From a virus: DNA of 64,000 nucleotides. Positions 45,298 through 53,963 of this stretch are shown one piece after another. Position 1 is the first letter of the stretch. Every line of letters starts with the position of its first letter. Below the pieces are notes generated by a model, which did not search any database, was not told the DNA's origin, and saw only the letters and a list, made by a program, of their open reading frames with translations. A program made the position numbers and the translations under genes. The stretch covers positions 1-64,000 of IMG/VR virus record IMGVR_UViG_3300030616_000002; one strand, given 5' to 3'.

Positions 45298-47235
45298 TAC
45301 TTTAGGCCGGCACCGCAACTCGGCCTTGAGCCGGTCCACGACTGCCTCGGCTGGGCAACCGGCAACCGCTGCGGCGAGTGCTACGTGTGCAGGATGGTCG
45401 AGGTGTTCAGGGGCGTGTGGCGAGTGCTGCGGGACGACGGCCTGTGTTTCGTCAATTTGGGTTCGTCCTACGCTTCGCGTGATATGCCTGCCAGCCAGTC
45501 TCGCCGCGCTTGGAGTGGATTCTCATGTGGCAGCGATGACACAGAACGATCAGATTCTGGAGACTCTGATCGCGCTTGTCCCCATTGCGATGGTGAACGT
45601 CAAGCCGACTCTCCGATCCATCGTGACCGCACTCCTCGCACTGGCCAACAGCATGGCGCAGACGAGCCGCCCCCTTCGCTGACAGTCCATGATAACGCGC
45701 AAGAGGATTCAGTTTCAGCATCTCCTGGCGCTTCTCCTCCCTGCGCTCCGGGGTCCAGAACTCCTGTTTCATGTACTGCGAGTGCTTCGGACGCTTCCGA
45801 CCCCGCATGTGCGGTCGAGGTTTTCCTTTTAAGCGCTCAGACATCTTCTTCCGCCACGCGCCAGTGCGCTCATACGGTTGAACGCAATTCCGGCAAACCT
45901 TCGCTTCAGCCGATTTCGGCTGACCACACTGCGGGCACGGCACCTTCTTCCTTGGCATGTCATTCTCCTTTTGGTAGCGCTTCCAAAACATGCCCATATT
46001 ATAGCACCACGCCCCCTGGACTCAAGCAAAAAGACCTGAGCCTGATCCCCGCCCGCGTAGCCCTCGCCCTACAGGCCGACGGGTGGGTTCTGCGATCCGG
46101 CATCACGTGGGCCAAGGGCGTCTCGTTCTGCGAGCACTACTCGGGATCGGTCATGCCCGAGTCAACCCGCGACCGGCCTACCAGCGCATCGGAAATGATC
46201 TGGATGCTGGCCAAGTCGAACACGGCCCAGTACTGGACGCACCGCGACCTGCCCGGCACGAGAACGAAGCCGAAGCCGGATTATCGGTACGTGCACGCGA
46301 CAGGAGCAGAGCAGGTCGAGGAACCGGACAACTGGAAGACGAGCAAGGTGCTCTGCCCGGCGTGCGGCGGATCGCGCAAGGTCACGGTGCAACTTGAGGG
46401 AGACCTGATCGGCGAGACCGTGATCCCCTGCGAGCTGTGCAAGGGCAAGAAGGGCTCGATGGTTCCGGAGTGGAAGCGGATCAATCTCTGGCAGGGGCAC
46501 GATTACTACTACGATGGTGAGGCGGTGCGGGAAGCATACAAGATGTCATCTTGGACCGCGAAAACAGACAGCGAAGGGTCAACCAAGCGCGGGAAAGACG
46601 GCATTAGAAGCGGAGGAAAAGGAGCGGCACGAGCAGAAGGCGCGGCAGACGGATCGACCTACGGATCAACGTCGATGCAAAAGGCATACAGCCACGGCGG
46701 CCGCAACCTCCGCAACGTGTGGACACTGAACCCGCAGCCCTTCGCGGAGGCGCACTTCGCGACCTTCCCTGAAAGCCTCGTACGACCTTGTATCCAGGCG
46801 GGGAGCAGCGAGCGGGGCGTGTGCCCGGAGTGCGGGGCTCCGTGGTCCAGAGTGGTCGAGCGCGGCGAGCCAGACGACGAACAGCGCAGCGCTTGCGGGG
46901 CGGACTCGACCGGAGGCTATTCGGGGCAGGCAACCAAGAACTACGCAGCGGGTAGGGCTGAAGATCCGAGCGCAGTCAAGGCGCGGATTCTGGAAGGCAT
47001 GCGCGAGCGCCGCACGGTGGAATGGAGACCGACCTGCGGGTGCGAGGCAGGGGCCGTCGTGCCTGCGACTGTGCTAGATATGTTCGCCGGCAGCGGGACC
47101 ACGCTGCTGGTAGCCGAGAAGCTCGGGCGTGACAGCATCGGCATCGAACTCAATCCAGAGTACGCGGACATGGCACGGAAGCGGATAGAAGAGGGAACAA
47201 AGCAGGGAGACCTGCTGCTAGGGAGGGCGCAATGA
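45253..47235 (+). CDS. DNA N4/N6-methyltransferase, main part, containing a ~178-codon in-frame insert antisense to a second HNH gene
   Basis: 660 aa. VFRGVWRVLRDDGLCFVNLGSSYAS, then a low-complexity insert, then KDLSLIPARVALALQADGWVLRSGITWAK...PESTRDRPTSASEMIWMLAKS...NVWTL...HFATFPESL...VLDMFAGSGTTLLVAEKLGRDSIGIELNPEY. AAGGAG (45237-45242) precedes GTG 45253. Confidence 0.7.
   Translation: MNFWSKDEIPIHLQEYFRPAPQLGLEPVHDCLGWATGNRCGECYVCRMVEVFRGVWRVLRDDGLCFVNLGSSYASRDMPASQSRRAWSGFSCGSDDTERSDSGDSDRACPHCDGERQADSPIHRDRTPRTGQQHGADEPPPSLTVHDNAQEDSVSASPGASPPCAPGSRTPVSCTASASDASDPACAVEVFLLSAQTSSSATRQCAHTVERNSGKPSLQPISADHTAGTAPSSLACHSPFGSASKTCPYYSTTPPGLKQKDLSLIPARVALALQADGWVLRSGITWAKGVSFCEHYSGSVMPESTRDRPTSASEMIWMLAKSNTAQYWTHRDLPGTRTKPKPDYRYVHATGAEQVEEPDNWKTSKVLCPACGGSRKVTVQLEGDLIGETVIPCELCKGKKGSMVPEWKRINLWQGHDYYYDGEAVREAYKMSSWTAKTDSEGSTKRGKDGIRSGGKGAARAEGAADGSTYGSTSMQKAYSHGGRNLRNVWTLNPQPFAEAHFATFPESLVRPCIQAGSSERGVCPECGAPWSRVVERGEPDDEQRSACGADSTGGYSGQATKNYAAGRAEDPSAVKARILEGMRERRTVEWRPTCGCEAGAVVPATVLDMFAGSGTTLLVAEKLGRDSIGIELNPEYADMARKRIEEGTKQGDLLLGRAQ
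45452..45997 (-). CDS. HNH endonuclease nested antisense within the methyltransferase ORF
   Basis: 181 aa. CPQCGQP...CRNC zinc ribbon plus CEECGHDGSESRLDVHHRNGDKRDQSLQNLIVLCHRCHMRIH (HNH). On the minus strand, TTGAGT, 16 nt spacer and TATAAT (46003-45998) abut the ATG. Confidence 0.75.
   Translation of the reverse strand: MGMFWKRYQKENDMPRKKVPCPQCGQPKSAEAKVCRNCVQPYERTGAWRKKMSERLKGKPRPHMRGRKRPKHSQYMKQEFWTPERREEKRQEMLKLNPLARYHGLSAKGAARLRHAVGQCEECGHDGSESRLDVHHRNGDKRDQSLQNLIVLCHRCHMRIHSKRGETGWQAYHAKRRTNPN
45478..46011 (-). mobile_element. HNH endonuclease insertion 2 (antisense, keeps host ORF in frame)
   Basis: Lies between the conserved methyltransferase blocks NLGSSYAS (ends 45477) and PPGLKQKDL (starts 46012). 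Confidence 0.5.
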
Positions 47236-47483
47236 GCGAAGGATCAAGCACGTCGATCTCCGAAGATCGGCCTACGGTCTATACGTTCTCGACCACGGAT
47301 ATAGGCGAGGCCAAGCGGGCGCTCAACGCAGTCGCGCTAGAGGGTATCCTTTGGGATCTAGTAAACGAAACCCGCACCTGGCTCAAGCACGGGCACAGCT
47401 TCGAGGACGCGGACAGCGCAATAGAGGCGATCCGCCAACGTATCTTTGACGAACTCGCGGAAGCGGGGATCGTCCTTGGCTGA
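47232..47483 (+). CDS. hypothetical protein
   Basis: ORF track, 83 aa; ATGA overlap. Confidence 0.5.
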   Translation: MSEGSSTSISEDRPTVYTFSTTDIGEAKRALNAVALEGILWDLVNETRTWLKHGHSFEDADSAIEAIRQRIFDELAEAGIVLG

Positions 47484-47696
47484 CCAGAATAGGGCGCGCG
47501 GAGACGCATTTCCGAGCCCTGGCGCACTCGCCGCAGAGTGGGCCGCGCGCCACACCTCTCACCGCTCTGCGGACCTCCGAGGGAATGGGCAGCCGGTCCG
47601 CCAGCCCGAAACAATGCGCCAGACACCGGCACGCTGGGCCGCGTCAACGAGGGCGCGGCCTAGCTCTACAAAAGAGGGGCTAGAGAGAGAGAAGCT

Positions 47697-48647
47697 ATGA
47701 AGCGCAATGTTGAGATAGCAGCAGAAATGGCGCAACGCTTGATCGAATACGCCGAGAGCGACAAGAACAAGCCGATCAGAAAGTACAAGCCGCCCAAGCG
47801 AGACCGTAGCAAATCGGCAGACGAGGAAACCCTGGTTCTACTTCATTCGGACAGCCAGATCGCACACCTTACGCCAACCTACAATTTCGAGATCTTCAAA
47901 CAGCGCAACACAAGGCTGGTAGAGAGAACCCTGCGGGTCGCGGACCTTGACCGCAAGGGCCGACCGATCAACCACGTCGAGCTGTTCTTGCTCGGTGATA
48001 TCATACATGGAGAGCGGGTAGGTAGGACCGTCGACCTTGATGAGCTAGAGGATACGGTTGCCGTTGCCATGTTCGACGTGGCGCTGCCGGGCCTCGAATA
48101 CGTAATAAACAACCTCGCACAGAATTTCAATTCTGTTGGAGTTCGTTGCGTCCGCGGCAACCACGGGATCGTGAGCAGGGACAACGCCCTTACGACCAAC
48201 TGGGACTATATAATCTGCAAGATCTTGGAGCGCGAGTATCGCAACAACCCGCACGTCAAGTTCTCTGTACCGAGTACGTTCTACCATATTCAGGACGTGA
48301 TGGGCTGGCGGTTCTTCCTTGCGCACGGGGACAAGATCAACATGTGGATGAACGTCCCGATCTACGGGATCGTCCAGAAGCTCATGCGCTGGGCCGGCAG
48401 TATCGGCGCGTTCGATTACGCCACGTTCGGCCACTTCCACAACCACGCGGACATGGACTGGAACGACAAGCGCTTTTTCATCAACGGCAACTTCACAACA
48501 GATGACCAGTGGGCGATCAAGACGCTCGGGCTCAAGGGCTCGTGCTCGCAGATGTTGCTTAACGTGCACCGGAAACTCGGGGTCGTCAATCAGCGGAAGA
48601 TCCACCTTGAGCAGTTCGAGCGTAGGACAAAGCAGGAGGCGTCATGA
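47697..48647 (+). CDS. calcineurin-like metallophosphoesterase
   Basis: 316 aa. LLHSDSQIAH, LLGDIIHGE, VRGNHG, LAHGDK and GHFH are the metallophosphoesterase signature blocks. Confidence 0.75.
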   Translation: MKRNVEIAAEMAQRLIEYAESDKNKPIRKYKPPKRDRSKSADEETLVLLHSDSQIAHLTPTYNFEIFKQRNTRLVERTLRVADLDRKGRPINHVELFLLGDIIHGERVGRTVDLDELEDTVAVAMFDVALPGLEYVINNLAQNFNSVGVRCVRGNHGIVSRDNALTTNWDYIICKILEREYRNNPHVKFSVPSTFYHIQDVMGWRFFLAHGDKINMWMNVPIYGIVQKLMRWAGSIGAFDYATFGHFHNHADMDWNDKRFFINGNFTTDDQWAIKTLGLKGSCSQMLLNVHRKLGVVNQRKIHLEQFERRTKQEAS

Positions 48648-49267
48648 TGCAGTTAACCGAGGGGCAGGAGGCGGCGCTAGAGGTACTGCGGGCCAGCGAA
48701 CAGCCCATGACCACGGCATCCGTATTCGAGGGGTCTGGCGGGCTCGTATGCAAGAGCAGGAGCAATACGCGGCGGGTCCTTGTGGGCTTGGTCAAGCGGG
48801 GGCTTGTCGCTCGCGTAGGGACTGGCGAGTGGGCGGCGGTAGAGAACGGAGCGGCTAGCCCCGAAAAAGGGTCTATTTTTGTGACAGACGGCGAGGCAAA
48901 GCAGATCATCGGCGCTGCTCTGGCGTTCTACTTTGAATCCCTGCTCAAGACGGATCCCGAGGGGGCAGCGCGGGTAGCCTATACGGCAGGGCTACACAAG
49001 GTCGGGATGCCGCGGAGGACGCAGAAGAAAGCGGATGAACCGAAGCCGGAGCCGAAGCGTAAGGCGCTCCCTAAAAAGCTGACGCTTCAGAAGTTCTGCG
49101 GGAAGGCGGAGGCCGCATATCGGGCTGGCCGTTTTTCGTTAGACGAGTTGAGCGACGCGACGGGGCTCGGCCGCGACTACCTGCGGAAGATCATCCAGGG
49201 CAAGGCGCACCCGAGAGACGAGACCCTGGAGAAGATCTACGCGGCGGTAGAGGAGCACTTGTCATGA
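48644..49267 (+). CDS. DNA-binding protein (winged-helix N-terminus, HTH C-terminus; candidate)
   Basis: 207 aa. RRVLVGLVKRGLVARVGTGEW and LSDATGLGRDYLRKIIQG. Confidence 0.4.
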   Translation: MMQLTEGQEAALEVLRASEQPMTTASVFEGSGGLVCKSRSNTRRVLVGLVKRGLVARVGTGEWAAVENGAASPEKGSIFVTDGEAKQIIGAALAFYFESLLKTDPEGAARVAYTAGLHKVGMPRRTQKKADEPKPEPKRKALPKKLTLQKFCGKAEAAYRAGRFSLDELSDATGLGRDYLRKIIQGKAHPRDETLEKIYAAVEEHLS

Positions 49268-49674
49268 AGATCATCCGCCCCCCTCGCAGGATCAGCGTCG
49301 AGAGGCTAAAGCAGATCCACTACCACATTGACGTGTGCCACGGGCCCTACGGATCGCAGTGCGCCAACGGACACCGCTACGAGCCACAGGTCAGGACCAG
49401 CGATCAGGGAGAGCAGACGGTAGAAAAGCCTCCGCCTGTAGGTGTCCCGTGCCCGAAGTGCGGGGAGACCCTGGAGCGCGGACCCGAACGGTTCGTCGCG
49501 TTCCTGTATCGCGGCGGGCTGGACCTAGAGGCTCATGAGGCGCTGGGCGAGTGCTTGGACGTAGGCCCGGCCCGCAGCACGCAGGCAGAAGCGGCGGCAG
49601 ACGCCCGCGACATGGAGGACAGGCACGTGGGCAAGGGCAAGCGGCGGCACTTCCTGGTTACGGGGATCGCGTGA
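49264..49674 (+). CDS. hypothetical protein (zinc-ribbon CPKCG)
   Basis: ORF track, 136 aa. Confidence 0.5.
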   Translation: MKIIRPPRRISVERLKQIHYHIDVCHGPYGSQCANGHRYEPQVRTSDQGEQTVEKPPPVGVPCPKCGETLERGPERFVAFLYRGGLDLEAHEALGECLDVGPARSTQAEAAADARDMEDRHVGKGKRRHFLVTGIA

Positions 49675-50382
49675 GCTGGGAGATCATCACCGGCGACTGC
49701 CTCGACTGGCTGCGGGAGCGCGAGGCGGGGAGCGTCGATGCGGTGGTGACGGATCCGCCGTACGGCACAGGGGCATGGAAAAGACAGACTAGCGGTGCGG
49801 GAAGCGATCCAACGGCGAAACTAATCCGCGAAAAGTGGGACGTGTGGACAGAGGACTGGATCGAGCAAGCGCGGCGAGTAGCGAGGTGCGCCTTTGGTTT
49901 TTTTATCCCGTGGTCAGTCCGCCTAAAGAAACCCACGGGGGGGGGGGCGACTGTTCGTTTGGATTAAACCAGATCCTAGACCGCGGGCTGGCGGACAGCC
50001 GGCGTATGGCTTTGAGCCGTTCTATCTCGCAGGAAAGGTTCAGAACATCGGCGGGAATGATTGGTTTGAACACACGGCGCCTCGGCTCAATCGCGATCCA
50101 GAGGCGACAGGACACCCGCATCAGAAGCCCGTTGCTGTCATGGAGTGGCTATTGAGGTTAGCATGTCCTGTCGGCGGGTCTGTTCTTGATCCGTACTGCG
50201 GCAGCGGTAGCACGGGCGAAGCCGCTGTGAGGCTTGGGCTTGATTTTATCGGCATCGAGATCAACCCCGAGTATGCCGACATCGCCCGCGAGCGGTGCGC
50301 GAAGGCAGAGAGACAGCCTGACCTGTTCGTCAAGCCCCCGAAGCCCGAGCAGCTAGAGATAGGGACATATCCTACCCCTTAA
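49671..50382 (+). pseudogene. DNA N6-adenine/N4-cytosine methyltransferase interrupted by a +1 frameshift at a G11 tract (possibly phase-variable)
   Basis: Frame 1 (GTG 49671): VVTDPPYGTG... stops at 49965-49967. Own translation of the next frame from 49948: RLFVWIKPDP...GHPHQKPVAVMEWLL...VLDPYCGSGSTGEAAVRLGLDFIGIEINPEY, running to 50382. Removing one G would fuse them. Confidence 0.7.
49937..49947 (+). repeat. G11 homopolymer at the frameshift point
   Basis: Counted directly in acccac-ggggggggggg-cgactg. Confidence 0.9.
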
Positions 50383-50462
50383 CGGCGATACGGGGCAATA
50401 AACCGCCCATAGATCGATCAAAACCGCAAAAAGCAACCCGCCACATAAGATCGGAGAACGCC

Positions 50463-50666
50463 ATGACCCGCCCCGAGGCGCTCCGCGCTGGAGCGTGCGC
50501 ACTACGCGAGAGCAAGCACGAGTTCGCCGCGCAGGCGCTAGAGCTAGCGGCCCACGCCGCAGAGATCGTTGTCGATACGAGCCAGAGCAACGAGGAATAT
50601 ACGGAGAGCCTACACCAGGCGCTCAACGCGCTCTGGACCCACGTGAGGCGAGGGACCGTAACGTAA
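50463..50666 (+). CDS. hypothetical protein
   Basis: ORF track, 67 aa. Confidence 0.4.
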   Translation: MTRPEALRAGACALRESKHEFAAQALELAAHAAEIVVDTSQSNEEYTESLHQALNALWTHVRRGTVT

Positions 50667-50715
50667 AAACTGCAAACCGGAAACAACCCGCAACCGCTCG
50701 CGGTATATGGCGTGG
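50658..50715 (+). promoter_or_regulatory. repeated intergenic element, copy 2
   Basis: GTAACGTAAAAACTGCAAACCGGAAACAACCCGCAACCGCTCGCGGTATATGGCG aligns with 30719-30774. Precedes GTG 50712. Confidence 0.6.
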
Positions 50716-51050
50716 AGCCACCGCGCAAAAAAACCAAGCAGCACTATCGCACCGTACAGCAAGCGATCCGAGACGGCTGGCCTGACACCCTGCAAGGGAT
50801 CGATCTAACCGTCTCGAATTACAACCTGCTTGGCGATCTAGCGGCAGAGCTTTTCCGGGCGAATCCGGGCCGAGACGCAGCCGAAGTTCGCAAGGTAGCA
50901 ATCAACGCCTTTGTCAAGCGGTTGTGTGTCCCCCGCAAGGGCAAGTGGGTTGTAAGCACTACCTACACGCTAGCCAGCGGGCTTCAGTTTCCCAACCCGA
51001 GAGCGCCGCAACCGAACCTAGAGAAAGCCAACAGAGGGCAGCATGGATAA
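50712..51050 (+). CDS. hypothetical protein
   Basis: ORF track, 112 aa. Confidence 0.5.
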   Translation: MEPPRKKTKQHYRTVQQAIRDGWPDTLQGIDLTVSNYNLLGDLAAELFRANPGRDAAEVRKVAINAFVKRLCVPRKGKWVVSTTYTLASGLQFPNPRAPQPNLEKANRGQHG

Positions 51051-52515
51051 AAAGCGCCTGCAAGAATTCTGCGCCATTCGGGTAGAGATCCTCGAAGGCG
51101 AAGAGAACGAAAAGAAGGCGCAGGAGAACGGCTTTCTAATGATGGTGCGCGGCGTCGGTATGAACGCCGGGCGCGTAACTCTCAATAAGACCCTGTACCC
51201 GCGCGAGATAGTTTATCGAGAGGTCAGGAATATCCGACCCCGCATGGATGCCGGGCGCGTAGTTGGGCTCGCCGATCATCCTAGCATGTTCGGCGGTAAC
51301 GAGGTTCGGGACTCGGCCATCCGCTGGACCTCGGCCAAGATCAACGAGGACAACGACGTCGTCCTAGAGGGCGGCGTGCTCGATACCGAGGCTGGCAATG
51401 TGATTGCCGGCGCGTATCGGGGCGGCGTTCGTTATGGCATCTCGTCTCGCGGCTACGGCTCTGTCCGAGAAGTCGAGATGGACGAAGAGCATCCCGAGTG
51501 GGAACTGAACAAGGATCGCAAGGGCGAAGTCGTTTTGGAGATCCAAGACGATTACGAGCTTGAGTCCTGGGATATGGTCCTGAAGCCGTCCAACGAAGAC
51601 GCGTGGACGGAATCGGAAATCAAGCAAGCGCTAGCGCGGCTGGAGGCCGCAACAAACACCCATCAGGAGGAAACGATGGATATCAAGGATCTGAAGACTC
51701 TCCGTGAGTCGGTCTCCGCCGAGGTCGTGGACAAGATCGTGGCCGAGATGACCGAAGGCATGGTCAAGGCAGAGGACGCCGACAAGGCGAAGGCCGACGC
51801 CGTGACCGAGGCGCTCGCCGACAACGAAAAGGTCTGCGAGGCGCTGGGCATTTCGCCCAAGCTCGCCGCCTACGCGAAGGACAACAGCGACAAGCTGGAG
51901 CCCTGCGCAGAGGCCAACTATCCGCTCGACGCCCTCGACCCGACCAAGGTCGACGAAGAGAAGACCGAGCTAGAGAAGCAGGTCGAGGCGCAGACCAAGC
52001 AGATCACCGCGCTCACCGAGAAGGTCGCCGAGATGACCGACAAGGCGACGAGCGCAGAGAAGACCCTGCGAGACCGCGAGCGCGCCGAGGCGCTCTCCGG
52101 GATCGTAGAGGCGCAGACGGTCGGCGGCCGGTGGGCCGAGAAGCTCGCCGAGTGCGCCAATGACGATCTAGAGCTGCCCGAGGACTACGACGGCAGCGAC
52201 GCTGCCAATCAGGCAGCGGAGAAGATGGTCGAGACCTACCTTGGCGACAAGCGCGCCGAGTTCGAGGGCATCGCAGGTGCTGTAGAGCCGAAGCCTGGTA
52301 AGGGAACGAACGAAGGCGGCGGCGAGAAGCCTGAGGCCGATATGGTCAAGGCGGCTCGCGAGGACTTCGCGAAGGACTACCCGGCGCTGGTGCCGAACAA
52401 GTACAACTACGAGAACGCCAAGGGCGCTGCGGCCCGCGCAGGATACGGCGCGGAGTTCATGGCGTGCTACGGCCCGGCAGCGCAGGAAATCCTGCCCCTC
52501 GACGAGGTCGACTAG
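51043..52515 (+). CDS. prohead protease / scaffolding protein fusion (candidate)
   Basis: 490 aa directly upstream of the major capsid gene. The N-terminal ~170 aa are globular (NKTLYPREIV...GLADHP...GISSRGYG), and the C-terminal ~300 aa are Ala/Glu/Lys/Asp-rich and predicted helical, like scaffolds. Confidence 0.5.
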   Translation: MDKKRLQEFCAIRVEILEGEENEKKAQENGFLMMVRGVGMNAGRVTLNKTLYPREIVYREVRNIRPRMDAGRVVGLADHPSMFGGNEVRDSAIRWTSAKINEDNDVVLEGGVLDTEAGNVIAGAYRGGVRYGISSRGYGSVREVEMDEEHPEWELNKDRKGEVVLEIQDDYELESWDMVLKPSNEDAWTESEIKQALARLEAATNTHQEETMDIKDLKTLRESVSAEVVDKIVAEMTEGMVKAEDADKAKADAVTEALADNEKVCEALGISPKLAAYAKDNSDKLEPCAEANYPLDALDPTKVDEEKTELEKQVEAQTKQITALTEKVAEMTDKATSAEKTLRDRERAEALSGIVEAQTVGGRWAEKLAECANDDLELPEDYDGSDAANQAAEKMVETYLGDKRAEFEGIAGAVEPKPGKGTNEGGGEKPEADMVKAAREDFAKDYPALVPNKYNYENAKGAAARAGYGAEFMACYGPAAQEILPLDEVD

Positions 52516-52530
52516 CCCTCTTCCGTTTCT

Positions 52531-52542
52531 GTTTCCGGAAAC
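52531..52542. promoter_or_regulatory. 12-bp palindrome GTTTCCGGAAAC upstream of the capsid gene
   Basis: Read directly; 27 nt before ATG 52569. Shares CCGGAAAC..ACAACC with the 30719 and 50658 elements. Confidence 0.45.
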
Positions 52543-52568
52543 CAAGACAACCGAAAGGAAGGCACACT

Positions 52569-53858
52569 ATGGGTGCTACCCCCGCATACGCGAAGCTCCT
52601 AGAGCAGGCCAACGGGTCGGACCAAGACCGCCAGGGCCTCCACGAGCAGCTCAACCGCCATGCCTTCCAGCGCGCCCGCCACGAGCGCTGGAAGCCCGTG
52701 ATCGACGGCACCAAGCCCGGCAAGTTCGACGAGGACTGCAAGCGGCAGGGTGGCCTCAGTGATCGCGGCGTCTCGGCTCTCCGCGCCATCGCAGAGAACT
52801 GCATGGACAAGATGGACAAAGAGTTCGACGACCCGCGGAACCGCAGCTATCTGAAGGCGTTTGCCGAGAAGGTCGGCGCGGGTCCGAACGGCCGCGCGAT
52901 CTACGAGTCGACGGACGTGGGCGACATCGCCGCGTTCCGTGACTTCTCGTTCGGCATCGTCAAGGAGATCTGGCCCAAGTTGGCACCGCTCGCCCGTATG
53001 ATCGGCCTGTTCTCCATGCCGGGCCCCTCGGAGCGGATCTTCTACCTGAAGACCTACGGCACCGATGCTAGCGGCAGCTTCTACAGCGCTGACTGGCGGC
53101 TCCGCAACCAGAACGACCCGGCCTACATCGACTACACCTGTGGCACCGAGGCCAACGAGGTCGAACTGGAGATCACCGGGGCCAACGTGACCGCGAGTGC
53201 ATACGCGCTGCTCGCCCGCTGGGATCTCTGCGCCGAGCAGGATGCCATGTCGCAGCACGGCGAGTCCCTGCAGTCCAACCTGCAGAACATCATGGCCGCG
53301 TATATCGCCCGCGCCACCGTGGGCAAGGTGCGCAACATGATCTCTGGCGGTGCTTCGGGTGGCAACAGCTCGTGGACCGCGACCGCGGCTTCGCCCTACA
53401 CTCTCGATTCGTTCGGGCCGCGTGCACACCTCCGCACGCTGGGCGACGCGATCATCGACATGGAGGGCCTCGTGCGAGCCAAGCGGTACGCTCCGCTCGG
53501 TTGGCTCTGGTGCTCGCCCGACGTGTCCCGCCGGTTCCAGAAGTTCGAGGACATGAAGTTCCGTCCCGCCGAGGACTTCTACGACGGCGAGATGGAGGGC
53601 CAGACGAGCTTTGCCGGCACCATGGGTCGCTGGGCCGTCTTCAACGACGACGACGCTCCGAGCGGCACTCTGCTCGGCGGCACGTCCCCGGTCGGCGGGA
53701 TCTCGAACATCGGCCTCATGCTGGCGATGTACATCCCGCTCATGTTCACCGGCCGGTTCATGGACCCCGCGGAAAACATCCCCCGCGAGGCCGCGCTGAC
53801 CCGCTACGCCCTCCACATGGTCGACTCCGGGCGGTTCGGCAAGGTGCTGATCAGCTAG
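52569..53858 (+). CDS. major capsid protein
   Basis: In frame with ORF 52464..53858. ATG 52569 follows AAAGGAAGG. 429 aa, positioned after the scaffold-like gene. The function call rests mainly on synteny and size. Confidence 0.7.
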   Translation: MGATPAYAKLLEQANGSDQDRQGLHEQLNRHAFQRARHERWKPVIDGTKPGKFDEDCKRQGGLSDRGVSALRAIAENCMDKMDKEFDDPRNRSYLKAFAEKVGAGPNGRAIYESTDVGDIAAFRDFSFGIVKEIWPKLAPLARMIGLFSMPGPSERIFYLKTYGTDASGSFYSADWRLRNQNDPAYIDYTCGTEANEVELEITGANVTASAYALLARWDLCAEQDAMSQHGESLQSNLQNIMAAYIARATVGKVRNMISGGASGGNSSWTATAASPYTLDSFGPRAHLRTLGDAIIDMEGLVRAKRYAPLGWLWCSPDVSRRFQKFEDMKFRPAEDFYDGEMEGQTSFAGTMGRWAVFNDDDAPSGTLLGGTSPVGGISNIGLMLAMYIPLMFTGRFMDPAENIPREAALTRYALHMVDSGRFGKVLIS

Positions 53859-53963
53859 TCGCGAATCCGGGGAGCCCCGGTAGCCCGCCAGCAACCGCCC
53901 CCGCTGTTCTGACTGCCGGGCTCCCCTGGTTCTTTCTCACCCTTTCCTGGGAGGACACCCCAA

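Noticed and set aside
44630-46011. Inteins as the explanation for the methyltransferase interruptions.
   Set aside because: The first HNH ORF is in a different frame from the methyltransferase fragment upstream of it and has its own SD, start and stop, and that upstream fragment terminates at its own stop. The second HNH is on the opposite strand. No intein splice-junction motifs are evident.
52599-53894. 431-aa minus-strand ORF.
   Set aside because: Antisense shadow of the major capsid gene. The translation is Arg/Gly/Val/His-rich and implausible as a protein.
53867-53940. Stem (GGGGAGCCC / GGGCTCCCC) plus T-rich tract after the capsid gene as an intrinsic terminator.
   Set aside because: The arms are separated by a ~40-nt loop with a bulge, and the downstream tract (TTCTTTCTCACCCTTTCC) is interrupted. 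This is too weak to call without transcript 3'-end data.
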